The notes under the pieces are model-generated. The model had not been told where the DNA came from. It saw only the letters and a program-made list of their open reading frames with translations, and did no database searches. Both the position numbers and the translations under genes were made by a program. A stretch of DNA of 64,000 bases from Podarcis pityusensis. Taxonomy: Eukaryota. Location of the stretch: NCBI GenBank assembly GCA_964106645.2, contig OZ067041.1; one strand, written 5' to 3'. Below, in pieces: positions 11,423 through 24,399 of this stretch; positions within the stretch are counted from its first letter, which is position 1, and each line of letters starts with the position of its first letter.

Positions 11423-13224
11423 TATTTAGCTAGGGCCTTTACTGTATTTTCTTTGCGTAGTTTTTCTTGTACACATTTTGCCATGCAAATGTTTATATAA
11501 TCTTGGTTTTTGTTTATATTGCTCACTGGGTGAACTTTTAAAGGCCAATTAACATAGATGTTCAGAGAGAGAGTCACTTCTTTAAAAAGAAAGAAAAGCA
11601 CACCTGAGAGTGACTTCAGAAACTTAACAAATGATGCTTGATAAGGTCTAGGTGTTTCTCTGCACATGGTATTCAACTAGATTTTACTCAGAGTAGTCCT
11701 ACTTAATATACCTAACTTCATCATGTTGATTAACTTCAGTGAGCCTACACATAAAACATCGTTGAATACCCCTGATGAAAGCACTTTCTGGAGACAATGA
11801 AATTATAATAACCATCAAAGCCAAACTGCCCTCTGCCAGGCAGGGGAATTAGAGAAAAACAGGCCTTCCAAGTTCCTTAAGTCTGAATGTTCAGGTCAGA
11901 TTTTGGTATCCAAAGCCAACATTTGAAAATCCCAAAATTGGGGAGAAATTGTTTGAGCTCTCGTTGTCATGACTTGCTAATGCTACTGCAGTCTCTCTGC
12001 TGCCTTGTCCTGCTGGACAGCCCAGTCCCTAAAGCAGAAATGGAAGCTTGTTTCCTCTGAGGGGCTACTGACCCATGGGGAAAGTCAGTCAGGAGCTGGA
12101 GCTGATGGTGGGTTAGAACCAGGTGGACTAGGCAGATTGTATCGCTCTTTCTCTCTTTCTGCAACCTCATCATCCCTAAGTCTCAGGCAAGCTGTCCAGA
12201 TGATGTTTTTGACGATGACGAGAGACACGTGAAATTAGGCTAAAGCCTGCGTGTGACCCTTGTGCCTGCAAGTTCCTACCAGTATCCCTAAAGAGATTTG
12301 ACAACCCAGATGGGTGCCAAAACTAGAAGGAGCCCTCAAAGCTGATACTGGTGAGATGTGTCCCACTTGATCAAATGTTGCTATAGAAGACCTGCTGAAT
12401 ATAGAAGATTCCTAGTCTTGAAAAATGCTTTCCCACCTGAGCATTTTTCTTAGAAGATCCAGAAGGACGTTGTGGCACTTCAGCAAGTGTTACTCAAGCA
12501 AGTGCAGCCCACAGCCCATCTGCTGCTCAGTATTAAAGAATTATCCGTTCCAGGAGCAACCTCGAGATTTCTTTAAAAGTATGTTAATTAATGCTGTATA
12601 ACAGAAGAAACAGAAGGAAGTGTTTTTAAGGCAGCACACAACTGAACAGAGGTGTATTCCCCATTGCCGGGGAAAAGCTAACGCTATAAATGAATTCGGA
12701 AAATGATTAGACACAACTTACAGAGCTTACATCCATCTGTTAACCAGGATGGAATTTGGGAGAGCCTCATGTTCATGAACTCTTAGTGCCAATTGTTTTG
12801 TATAGATGCTGCTGTTTCTATGTTAAACCCAAACAATACCCCCCCCCCCAAAGTGTAGCCATATAACTTCAGTGAACCAACATTTATAGGCGTAAGGAAA
12901 AAAGACTCTACGAAAGGCTCATGATGACACACAAAGAGATGACCAATGTGGTACTGTAACTCATGGGGCGGTGCCACTGTAAGGCTATGTGAGATGCAGC
13001 AAGGGAAGAACCCATGCATCGACAGGTATGATTGACAGGTGACATCTGATGACCTAAGTGACAAGTGGGTGTGGTTTGTCAGAAAGGCCTTGCTGGCCTT
13101 TTGAAGGAGTTCCCCCATTACTGGTGTAAAAGTGTTCAGGCTTTTATAGATGCACAGGTCTCTTTATCAGTCACCGTAGGAAGGTCGTGACATCATTCTC
13201 AGGTATTTTTCTTCGTTTGTTTGT

Positions 13225-13385
13225 CTGTTGTATTTATATCCTACCTTTTTCTCCAAGTTGCTCAAGATGGCTCTCCCCTTCCTCATTTAACCTCCACAAC
13301 GGGTAGGTTAGGCTGAGAGGCAGTGGGGATTTGAACCCTGGTCTCCCAGGTACAAGTCCAACCCCCTAACCACTACACCACACAG
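13225..13385 (-). mobile_element. Old tRNA-derived (MIR-like) SINE fragment
   Basis: GGGGATTTGAACCCTGGTCTCCCAG..AACCACTACACCA is the reverse complement of an A/B-box head; related piece at ~14830-15010 (+). Confidence 0.6.
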
Positions 13386-13619
13386 ACTCTCGATCGGGTA
13401 TCAATCTGCTACGCTACTGGACTGTTAATATAACGCCTACACTGCATGATTTTCAGCAGTAGAACTTATGTGAGGCTTCTCACACGGGTTCTGAAATAGC
13501 ATCTCACACTGGTTAAAAATGCCATAGTCAAATTGGACCTCACCCACCCAGCGTTACATTAACAATCATATTATGACCATATTGTGGGTGAATAGTCCCA
13601 CATCTTACAGCAATTAATG

Positions 13620-13757
13620 CAGACCTTCCAAGTGTCCCTATTTTCCATGGACAGCCCCAGATTTAGAGAAGCCATCTCAGTTTCTGATTTGATCCCAGAA
13701 TGTCCCATTTTTCCTTAGGACACCCCTATTTTAATCAGAGAAATGTTGGAGGGTATG
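13620..13757. mobile_element. hAT-like MITE followed by an L2-like 3' fragment
   Basis: Ends CAGACCTTCCAA / TTGGAGGGTATG; homologous to 15021-15586 in reverse. Confidence 0.6.
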
Positions 13758-13888
13758 GAGTTATCCGATCACCAAGCCATCTGAAAGCAGTCTTGTATAG
13801 GGAAGCTTCTTTAATGTTTAATGTTTTGTTATCTTTTAATATATGTTGGAAGCTGCCCAGAGTGACTGGGGCAACCCAGCCAGTTAAA

Positions 13889-13901
13889 TTATTACTATTA
13901 C

Positions 13902-13942
<41 letters not shown>
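13889..13942. repeat. (TTA)n microsatellite
   Basis: Direct read. Confidence 0.95.
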
Positions 13943-13943
<1 letters not shown>

Positions 13944-14060
13944 GCAATAGCCCATGATAGTGAAAAACCCATACTAATGATGCATTAAATAGTAAATGTT
14001 GAAAATTGCGAGCACATTTTTGCAAAGATGTGTCTCATATAAGTATACCCATCAGATGTA

Positions 14061-14286
14061 CAGTGGTACCTCAGGTTAAGTATTTAATTCGTTCTGGAGG
14101 TCCGTACTTAACCTGAAACTGTTCTTAACCTGAAGCACCACTTTAGCTAATGGGGCCTCCTGCTGCCGCCGCGCCGCTGGAGCACGATTTCTGTTCTCAT
14201 CCTGAAGCAAAGTTCTTAACCTGAGGTAATATTTCTGGGTTAGCAGAGTCTGCAACCTGAAGCGTCTGTAACCTGAGGTACCACTG
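14061..14286. mobile_element. Tigger/pogo-like MITE, family A copy 3
   Basis: TIRs CAGTGGTACCTCAGGTTA / TAACCTGAGGTACCACTG, TA TSD. Confidence 0.92.
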
Positions 14287-15020
14287 TATACTTGCCAGGT
14301 GCACACTTGGTGACAAATACAGGTTTGCCCTGCTACATCAAGGTGTAAAATGGTCTTTACTCGGGACAGAGGTTTATTTTATTTTATATAATCTTAGCTT
14401 TCACGGTTGTGTCTTATGTTTGCACGCTACTGGAGAAGAGCCATACAACACACATTGACAAAGATAGATTGTGCCACACACATGAATTATAGGGTGAGTG
14501 CAAGGGCTGGGGACCATAAGGCTGATCAGGCGGTAGGATAACATAAACAGCTTGCACTACGTTATGGCTGGACAGCCCATGTTGATCATGCATCCATCTC
14601 TGCCACAACGTTGACCTGCTTGGCTAAAAGACCCTCCTTGCTGGAACTGCAGGGGTCCAATATGTTCAAGCGGCGCCTCTAAATTAGCCATCTGGATGTG
14701 TAATCAAGTGGCACCCCAGTGAGGAAACAGAGGCCCCACGCCGATGCTCTTTGTGTGGGGAGGGGCAGAGTGACATTGTAGGTAGGATGATCTCAGCGCT
14801 GAGGCTCAAAATACCTCGTGGTTCCATCTGAGAGCCAGTAGAGAACCTTTTGCTTGGACTAGAGAGACCTGCGCTCAAACTGCTACTCAGCCCTAAAGCT
14901 CAATAAGTGACTTGAGCAAGTTACTGTGCATCTGACTCACCTTGCCACTTCATTTGGAGGGTTAAATGGAATAATCCCCTTCAAGGAAAGGCAGGATGCA
15001 AACGCTTAAAGCTGCAAGTC

Positions 15021-15586
15021 TATTTCCTCCAACATTTCTCTGATGAAAATAGGGGTGCCCTATTCCATAAAAACATGAATAATTTTATTATTTATATCCC
15101 ACGCATCTGACCGGCTTGCTCCAGCCACTCCGGGTGGCTTTTAACATACACACATAAAAACCTAATAAAACATTTAAAAGCTTCCCTATACAGGACTGCC
15201 TTCGGATGTCTTCTAAAAGTTGTATACAGTGGTACCTTGGGTTACAGATGCTTCAGGTTACAGACGCTTCAGGTTACAGACTCCACTAACCCAGAAATGG
15301 TACCTTGGGTTAAGAAATTTACCTCAGGCTGAGAACAGAAATATGCAGCAGCAGGAGGCCCCATTAGCTAAAGTCGTACCTCAGGTTAAGAACAGTTTCA
15401 GGTTAAGAACGGACCCCCAGAATGAATTAAGTTCTTAACCCGAGGTACCAATGTTACTTATCTCCTTGGCTTTTTCTCTGATAAAATTAGGGAAAGCGGG
15501 ACATTCAGAGATCAAATCAGAAACCGGGATGGCTTCTGTACTGTAAGTCTGGGATTGTCCCTGGAAAATATCAGACACTTGGGGGG
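15021..15586. mobile_element. hAT-like MITE containing an L2-like 3' fragment that is itself interrupted by a Tigger-like MITE
   Basis: Outer parts match 13620-13757; inner L2-like piece matches 4150-4260 on both sides of the MITE. Confidence 0.6.
15227..15453. mobile_element. Tigger/pogo-like MITE, family A copy 4
   Basis: Same TIRs, inserted at TA. Confidence 0.88.
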
Positions 15587-16542
15587 ACCACTTAGAGGAT
15601 CTGATATTTACACTTGCTCAGGAGTAAGTCCCATTGACCTACTCAGGACTTACCTCTGAGGAGACATGCACAGACTTGCATGGTATGTCTGGCTTCTGAC
15701 TAGCTGCATTGAAGAAAACTCTTGAGCCTGACTTAACAAAAGGTGGAATCATGCCGTGTCAGTAACCGGTGTCTTTAGTTTTTGCCGACTCTCAGCTGTG
15801 GAAGGATTGGATTCTGCGAGAATATTTATTTTTCTGCATTTTTTTCTATTACAACGTTCCCAGTGTTTTAAAAGTATTTCTTTTAGCACCAAGTGCTTTG
15901 AATAGCGAACTCTCTTGATGTTGCCTTGCCACTTATTGATAACCACGGCACAAGGCGGCTGCAGCATCAGATATGCTTATTCATACTTTCCATGCGCTGA
16001 TGCAAATAGCCAGGCTGGGAGCTCACATTTCTAAACGGACAAGGGGCTGAACTTAGCCAAAGGCTCTTCCACTGCTGGAACTTTACTCGAAAACAATCTT
16101 GGATTTGCTGATAACGAGCAAAGAACGGTTGGCTCCATCTTCCCCCTTCCCTCCCGCTTCTGTCCTTCTTTTCCTGGGTAGCTTCAGAGGAAATCTATTT
16201 GTGAAGGGACATGGGGTTTATCTCACCCTGGCCTTTTATCAGCAGAGGCAGGAAGCTGCACAAATCCCTGGCAAGTGTCCATCTTCGGCTTACAGAGAAA
16301 CACTTACTGGGTCCCAGACATGGTTCTCTTTAGGAAGCTAGACCTTGCTTGGGGGGGGGGGGGGAATCCCCACCAATGATGAGCGGTACATCATATTTCT
16401 TCAGCTCCCTTGACCTTTTAGAACAACAAAAGGCAAGTCAGGAAATACATTTTTTTTTACTCAGGTTTACTGCATACAAGTAGAAGGGAAGGGGTCGTGT
16501 TTATGGCAAAAATACTCCATAGTTCTGAAATATAATATAGAC

Positions 16543-16790
16543 CAGGGGTGGGCAACCTAAGGCCCGGGGGCCGGATGCGGCCCAATCGCCTTCTCAATCT
16601 GGCCCATGGACGGTCTGGGAATCAGCGTGTTTTTACATGAGTAGAATGTGTCCTTTTATTTAGAATGCATCTATGGGTTATTTGTGGGGCATAGGAATTC
16701 GTTCATCCCCCCCCCCCCCCAATATAGTCCGGCCACATGGTCTGAGGGACGGTGGACCGGCCCACGGCTGAAAAAGGTTGCTGACCCCTG
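16543..16790 (+). mobile_element. hAT-Charlie-like MITE
   Basis: TIR CAGGGGTGGGCAACCT / AGGTTGCTGACCCCTG; imperfect 8-bp TSD ATATAGAC/ATGTAGAT; second copy at 25671. Confidence 0.88.
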
Positions 16791-18029
16791 ATGTAGATTG
16801 TTTTAGGTTTGCCTGCCACTTAAATAACTTTAGTTCACCTGTTTAACTGCTTTTATTTAAATGTATTTGCTTGTTTTCATGATCATAACCTTGGTACACT
16901 TTTATAAAAGGGAGCTCGTGGAAACGGAAGTGCTCAGTGTTGGAAGGAAAGGCCATCTTTTTCCCATGTGTTTCATATTTCAACATCACAGAAGAATTTT
17001 TGATATATTTATGTTCATCCTGTGTTCTTGTAATCTGCGAGAGCAACGCTAGCCTAAAAATAACAATAATGAGGAAGTAGGCATTTAACCCTACGGTGTA
17101 AATGTTGCCCTCACTTACTAAAATTAATCCCTACTAATGAATCAACTGAAGGTTACTAGGCAGTGAGAAACCGGGGCTAGTTGGAAGGTCATATGAGGCA
17201 CAGCCCTACATTGTGGGATGCTCCCTAGTAGTCCGATGGGCAGCAGGAAGGATTACGGACTGCAGAAATGAAATGAGCTTTGTGTTCTTGCTGGACTTGT
17301 GTGTCACATCAGTTGCCTAGAAGGCCTGCTTCGTGTCTATTCTGCAACACCCATACACTTAGCTACTTCTAGGGGCACTGGTGGTCTTTATGTTCATTTC
17401 CAGGAGAAAACAAATCATTACAAGCTTGCGACAGCCTCTCCGTTAATGGCCTTCTGAGGTAGGACGGTTGCCCATTCCAGACAGTTTCCTCATGGAAAAT
17501 CTGGGCAGGAAGAGGTCGTTGACAACATTCCTGGGGACTGAGGCACTGAGCTTTAGTGCTACGAGGGGATTTGCAAGCTGGTCTTTTGGAAAATGCAACT
17601 TTGAGAAGGGATTTGGGAGTCTGAAACAAGACCAGCAAGGACGTGAGTCAGAATATGCACAGCCCTCACCATGGGGGATGTCACCAAATCAGGAAGCTGC
17701 ATTCTCGGTCTTTGTTCTAGTTGCAATGGCTAGTTAGAACTATGCGATATGAGACTTATGGCATTGTGGCACAAGTCGTTTGCAATTCTGGGATGTGTCT
17801 GAGCAATACAGAAACACGCACATGAAATCTATGTGGAACTGCCTTGCTGATTTTCCCTTACAAGTTAAACCATGAGCAAACTTTTAATCACACACTGGAG
17901 GGCCTCTGCAGGGCCACAGATATCTGTTCCAAGGGCCCAGCTGGCTGGGCCCCCGGATCATCAGTTTTTGAAAATGAAAATGGGCTTTGATCACTGCTCA
18001 GTAGCACCATCCCATTGTGAATGCAGATG

Positions 18030-18380
18030 AAGGTAAAGGTAAAGAGACTGGTGACCATTAGGTCCAGTCGTGGCCGACTCTGGGGTTGCTCATCTCGCTT
18101 TATTGGCCAAGGGAGCCGGCGTACAGCTTCCGGGTCATGTGGCCAGCATGACTAAGCCACTTCTGGTGAACCAGAGCAGCGCACAGAAACGCCGTTTACC
18201 TTCCTGCCGGAGCGGTACCTATTTATCTACTTGCACTTTGACGTGCTTTCGAACTGCTAGGTTGGCAGGAGCAGGGACCGAGCAACGGGAGCTCACCCCG
18301 TCACGGGGATTCGAACCGCCAACCTTCTGATCGGCAAGTCCTAGACTCTGTGGTTTAACCCACAGTGTCATCCACGTCCC
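18030..18380 (-). mobile_element. Sauria SINE
   Basis: Reverse complement of head and tail; TSD TGAATGCAGAT (18018-18028, 18381-18391). Confidence 0.93.
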
Positions 18381-18710
18381 TGAATGCAGATTACTTCTCT
18401 ATTTTGCTTCCTACTTTGTTGACTGTTGCTAAATCCTGTGACAGAGGGTGGAACTAGCACTGCGTGACAAGAGAGGAGCAGCAGGGAAACTTTTGCTATA
18501 TCTACCTGCTCTGTGTTTGATGCTGCACCAGCTCCCTTCGCTTCTGTTTTGCAGCTGCTGGCCATGACACTGGACTTCGGGGTGGAGTAGGGAGATGCCC
18601 AAAAATGCTGGATTAAGGACTTCTGGCCTTGGCTAGGGTGGGTGTGAGTGTTCCGGTTTTTGTTTTTCACAGCTGGTTAGTGGGTGGGCATATTGTTCCG
18701 TTTTATTTTT

Positions 18711-19156
18711 GTTGTTGTTGTTTAGTCGTTTAGTTGTGTCCGACTCTTCGTGACCCCATGGACCAGAGCACGCCAGGCACTCCTGTCTTCCACTGCCTCC
18801 CGCAGTTTGGTCAAACTCATGCTGGTAGCTTCGAGAACACTGTCCAACCATCTCGTCCTCTGTCGTCCCCTTCTCCTTGTGCCCTCCATCTTTCCCAGCA
18901 TCAGGGTCTTTTCCAGGGAGTCTTCTCCTCTCATGAGGTGGCCAAAGTACTGGAGCCTCAGCTTCACGATCTGTTCTTCCAGTGAGCACTCAGGGCTGAT
19001 TTCCTTCAGAATGGATAGGTTTGATCTTCTTGCAGTCCATGGGACTCTCAAAAGTCTCCTCCAGCACCATAATTCAAAAGCATCAATTCTTCGGCGATCA
19101 GCCTTCTTGATGGTCCAGCTCTCACTTCCATACATCACTACTGGGAAAACCATAGC
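18711..19156 (-). mobile_element. BovB (RTE-clade) LINE 3' fragment with open ORF end (18722-19153)
   Basis: VFPVVMYGSESWTIKKADRRRIDAFELWCWRRLLRVPWT..RGRQRTRWLD; (CAA)n tail; TSD TTTATTTTT. Confidence 0.95.
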
Positions 19157-19345
19157 TTTATTTTTACTCTGCTGCTAAGGTTGTGACTGCTGTTATGAGA
19201 TGCTGTTATTTATACCTCTGTCTGTCTATGTTGATGCTTTATATGATTTTCTTTTCTATTTTCTAATATATTTATGGATATGTTCTTTAGTGTGAGTCGC
19301 TTGGAGCCATCTCAGGTAACAAGCAACTAATATGTATTATATATA

Positions 19346-19579
19346 CACATATATACCTTGGTTCCTGAATGCCTTGGAAGTTGAACGTTTCAGCTCCCAG
19401 ATGATTGAAAACCAGAAGTGAGTGTTCAGGTTTTCGAACGTTCTTTCAGAAGCCGAATGTCCGACGGGGCTTGCGCGACTTACAGGTTGCAGGAGCTTCC
19501 TGAAGCCAATCAGAAGCCGCGTTTTGGAAGTCAAACGGACTTCCGGAACGGATTCTGTTCGACTTCCAAAGTAAAACTG
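19346..19579. mobile_element. Degenerate Tigger-like MITE (different family)
   Basis: Decayed CAGT..ACCT ends in TA-rich flanks, internal GAAGTCGAAC-like repeats. Confidence 0.6.
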
Positions 19580-21804
19580 TATATATACACACACACACAT
19601 TTCGAAAAATAAAGAATAAGAAAATAAGAAGGATAAAATTATAAGTGTACAAAGTAAAATGACATAAAAGAATAAAATAACAAAAAAAACTTATAAGCAT
19701 TACATGAGTGTTATTGCAGTTAACCTAAACTTAACCTTAATACAGTGTTCATAAAAATGAATTCCAAATATCATTAAATCTGTCCATGGCAAGTTTACGT
19801 TTGTACTCAACTTGTTCATGTGTTTTTTTTAATAAATATGTTTAATGAATAGTAACATCAAACAAGGTGAATGGAAGAGGTGGAAAATAATAGCGGGAGG
19901 AGATGGGAATCTGCAGGAGAAAGCGGGATGTTAGATCTTCCTCCTACCGCGCCACTCTGACATACCTATTTACAGGTTTGGAGTCCATCTTAGAGAGAAA
20001 TGGTCAGCAGATTTCTGAGGGACAGCTTTCCTGAAGAATGGACAGGCATAAGACAGGTTAAGCCCTCGCCTCCTGCTCTCCAGTTCTCCCCTGAAAGTGG
20101 TCTCCTGAGTCCAGACTTGCATTATGAAGAAAACGTGAGGTTAGGCTTTAATGCTTTCCTCATAATATGTCTTTCCAACCTACATTCCACAAACCAAATC
20201 TAAAGAAAAGCAGAACATTCAAAGGCCTTCAATGAGGGGAATCATTCATATGGACTGCGCCTGCTTTTTCAATGCCTTTTCCTTGTTACACTCTGATAGG
20301 CTATTTAGGTATTTTGCTTTGTGGCAAACCTGAAGTATTTGCATAAACTGCTCATGAATCATTGATATAGATACGAGAGTGAAACAGGTTAGAAAGCTTT
20401 GATATTAGTGAATTTCTAAGAAAGAATATCTACTTTCCAAAGCTGCTGATATTTCAGTACAAGACTACCTGTCAACAGGCAGAGCTAAAAACATAAATCT
20501 TTTTTATTGTGAAACATCTCTCCGAATTAGAAACATTGATGGGTGCTCATATCATTAAAGCATTAACGAAGGCAAGATTACCTAGATAACTCTGTAGCAA
20601 CAGAAGTAGAGATCTGCTAAAGGAGGAAAAGGACATAAAATATAGTTTTGTGTACACCTAAAAGTGTTATGTGTGAGTGTGGAGCATCTCTGAGATTTCG
20701 ACTTGTCTAACGTGTGTCTGTTACAGCAGCGGTCAGCAAAATGAAAAGCAATTTTGCGTTGTGCAGATCTTCCTGGCAACCTGCCTAGACATTTCTTTTG
20801 AACTAAATGTTGTCCCTGGACATTTGAAGGGAAATCTGAAGAGATTAATTTCCATTTATATCTGAAAAGTGTCTATTAGAGTGTGTCCAACAAGCAGGCA
20901 GACAAAAGGAAGCGATAGGACTGCTAAGAATTCGAAATCAGTGGGTGACAGAGGGTGTGACAGTCGTCTGGGATCACACTGGGGAACAGGAGAGGGTTCT
21001 GAATACTGTGAGAGAGCTGATTCTTTCATGTGCAGCCTGCAAATATTTTCTACTTGGTACTCTAGGTGGGAGGAATCTTTTGATTTCCAGATGTTGTTGA
21101 CGGACTCCCAACACTAAGCAGCTCCAGCCAGCATGTTCAATGGTCAAGGATGATGGAATCTGTAGTCCAACACCCATCCTGCTCTAGGATATTCAAGCAT
21201 TAGACATAAGCTGAGATTTAATCAGGTAAACTTGCTGCATTTCCATATCCAGAACAATGGCAGGTGAAACATATTGCTGTTGGTTCTGCTTAAATCACAC
21301 ACCATTAATGCAGATGCGCTTGTCTGTTCCACTGGCTGCAAGTAGGAGAAGTGTCTCTTGTAAAGGCTAAAATAACTGATGAGATCTAGCAAATAAGCAG
21401 CCAAGGAAAACAGCAGCAGCACTGCAAGCAGGTTGGGTTGGGTTAAATGGTATGGCAAATGCAGATGACACGGTATCTACATAACTCTATGATGCCACTG
21501 TGGTATGGTAAATGCAGACCACTAGAATTTCTCCCACTGTCTTATGGATTAGGATGGATTTGAGAAAGAGATCAGATCCATCACATTCACCAATGCCGTC
21601 TTCTCTACATCAGCTGTTTCACTTACCAGGAAAGTTGTGAAGGGGGGACTTAGATCTTTGGGGCAAGCAGGGGACCAGAATGAAAAAGGCCCCGGAATCT
21701 GGTACACAACATCCAGATCTTGAATAAAAGAGGCACACAGAGGATACAGATGGAGGGAAGCATTACTTCAGATAAAACTCATTTCTCAGGGATAATTAAA
21801 GTAG

Positions 21805-22060
21805 CCAAATCTGTCCATTTCAATTCCTCATTTTTCCCAACTTAAGTTCAGTTCTCCGTGTTTCCACATCAGATTGCAATATTTTCCTAGTGAAAAGTCA
21901 TCAGCATTTTAGTGCAAACTTCTCCTAATAGGGGCATGCTTGCAATTTTGCCTACGATCTGCATTTTTGCAAAGCAGATTTCCATAACACAATGCAGTTT
22001 TGTATACTGTGTTCACCAATATATGCATTTACATGCACATTTTACTCTAGCATATAGATT
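21805..22060. repeat. Old interspersed repeat (probable DNA-transposon derivative); second copy inverted at ~34300-34678
   Basis: Reverse-complement similarity between the two regions. Confidence 0.5.
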
Positions 22061-23051
22061 TGGATTGGGTAGGCTTGCCTTTAAACGTAAGTGCATTCAA
22101 ATTTGTCACCTGCCCCCCCAGCCACCCCCAGTTGTTACCTTGCAAGTCACACACCAGAGTGGCAGAAAACCAGACACAGATCTCCAAGTCTCCTGAAACA
22201 GTGGAAGAAAAAGCAGCTGCAGATCCGTCCCACCCACTCGCTCTCCCTGTCGCTGCTGTCAGCCCCTTCCATCACCTGCCACACGGCACATCTGGATTTC
22301 TGTTCATCACACAGCAAGGGGAGGAGGGTGTGGAACGACATGTGCAGAAACTGAAAGGGTGTGGAGGAAATGTATGGGAGGCACAGTCGATGCCTTGTGT
22401 TTTCCACAACTTCGGGAGACTGAAAGGCCTGTTTCCTGTTTCTGGTTTGCAAGATGGAAACTTAAGAGTTTCACCGACTTGAAAGGGATTTGTCCTAGAG
22501 TAAGCCATTTGAGGTTGGTCGTTTCCCTCCCTTTGGAATATCGCTTTAAGATCTACCAAAGATTTTCTTTTCAGATTTAAGGAGAAACACCACAGACAAA
22601 GGCAAGTGTCCTTGCAAATATTGCCTGTGAAATGAAATAATGGGGGGGGGGTGTGTGCGCAAGGTGGGTCTTTTACAGTGCTTTTCCTTCGAATAACTAA
22701 AAGCTGATTAACGGCCAGTTTTGTCGCTTAAAAAAAGAAAGAAAAGAAACCACATGCAATTCAATCCTTGGAAAATGTGATCAGTAATGGTTTAGTGAGT
22801 CTAATACAAATAAAATCCAGATAATTAGCAGCTAGAGCTACCATCTACCAGCTGCACTGACTTACAAATACAATAGAAGTCATTTATGCAGCAAATGCTG
22901 AGTTAGCCCAAAGTAGCTGATTTTAATTTGATTTACAGCAAAATGTTCCCCCCATCCTACATTCCTCTTTGACCACCCTATGTTGCCTGCAGCCCAAATA
23001 AGGAACCACCATCTCCTGAATCAGGCTGTTAATCTTTACTGGCTGTAGCTC

Positions 23052-23119
23052 TCATAGAATCAAAAAACTGTAGAGCTGGAAAGGGGCCATGGGGGTCATC
23101 TAGTCCAACCCCCTGCAAT
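23052..23119 (-). mobile_element. CR1-type 3' end fragment
   Basis: TCATAGAATC..TCATCTAGTCCAACCCCCTGC. Confidence 0.8.
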
Positions 23120-24134
23120 CCATGAATTGTTTGTGATTGCTTGTTTACATCACATAATAATCAGATATACAGGTGTTCCTAAGGAGTAACAAAACGTGGT
23201 TTGATACTTGGTGGAGGGATGAATTGTCCCATCTCTCATTAAATGCTACCACTGCCCTTAAGGCTGTTAAAACATGGCAAGAGAAGTGGCAAATGTCACA
23301 CATTGTCCGAGAGCAATAGCCCCCTGCCCCTAAATTTAATAGATTTCAAAAGATGAGCACACCCTGGCGCTCCATAACATACCATAAGAACAGCTAGTGT
23401 TTTTTCGTAGCAATGAAAGCATGACACTATTCAGGTTTACTGAGAAGCCCCATTAATTTCAATGGGATTTACTTCCAGGAAAATATTGTTTAGTACTGCA
23501 ACCTTTGATCAAAGAAAGAAACAGAAACAAGCCCCCAAACCAATAAAATGATAATGAGGGCTCTCCCCCACCCCACTGCCACCCCCTGAGAGCTTTGCAT
23601 GTGTGGGTCTGTATACAAAACAAATTAAGCTAGGAATTGCTTTTAACAGCTCTTTTGTGGCGTTCCTCTTTTGGAAATCTACCTTCATATACTAATTAAC
23701 CTCTGGGTGACTCTGTGTAAATTAGACGATTCCTTTGCCGAATTCCTGCGGTAGTAAAATAAGACATCTGAAAAGATTTAAGGGTAGCCAGCAAAGTTTC
23801 TTTTCCGGTACAGCATTAAATAATATACTGATACAGATGCAACATGGCTGGGGGAAACAGATTAATGTCCCCCTGATATAAAGAGGGGATGCTGGGGGCA
23901 AGAACTGGAATAGGAAAGAATGATGATTCTCCCCACCCCTAAGGTTCAAGGGCAAACCCCTTGGTTGTGACCTTATCTGCAGGGCTCCATGAATTTCGTG
24001 ATGCTCATGCTGATTTATACTAATTTGTGCTTTTAGGCCTTTCCCTCTAGCAAAATCTGAGTCCCTGGAGTTCAGGGGTGTGGTTCAATCCTTGGGGATG
24101 TCTAGCTAAGGACTCCACCCCCACCTCACCCCCC

Positions 24135-24399
24135 GCTGCTCCAGAGGGTAGACCCTGAACCAATGGATTCAAATTAAAAGAAAGGAGAGTCCCACTAAAC
24201 ATTAGGAAGGACTTTCTGACAATAAGAACTGTTCAACAGTGGAACGGACTCCCTTCAGAGGTCCTTCCTTGGAGGTTTATAATCAGAGGTTGGATGGCCA
24301 GTTGTCATGGATGTTTTAGCTGTGATTCTTGCATTGCAGGGGGTTGGACTACATGACCCTTGTGGTTCCTTACAACTCTCAATTAGATGATTCTATGAT
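24135..24399 (+). mobile_element. Older CR1 3' fragment
   Basis: Homologous to 7236-7510 with substitutions and indels. Confidence 0.88.

Noticed and set aside
12921-13049. Box C (ATGATGA) and box D (CTGA) snoRNA-like pair
   Set aside because: Weak terminal stem, long spacing, no recognisable guide or host gene
16890-17054. Open phase-2 exon that could follow the MDSKPVN candidate
   Set aside because: Weak donor (GTTATG) and unrecognisable peptide
17440-17620. Serpin-like LFLPRFSM peptide on the minus strand
   Set aside because: Isolated short match followed by a stop; no other serpin exons
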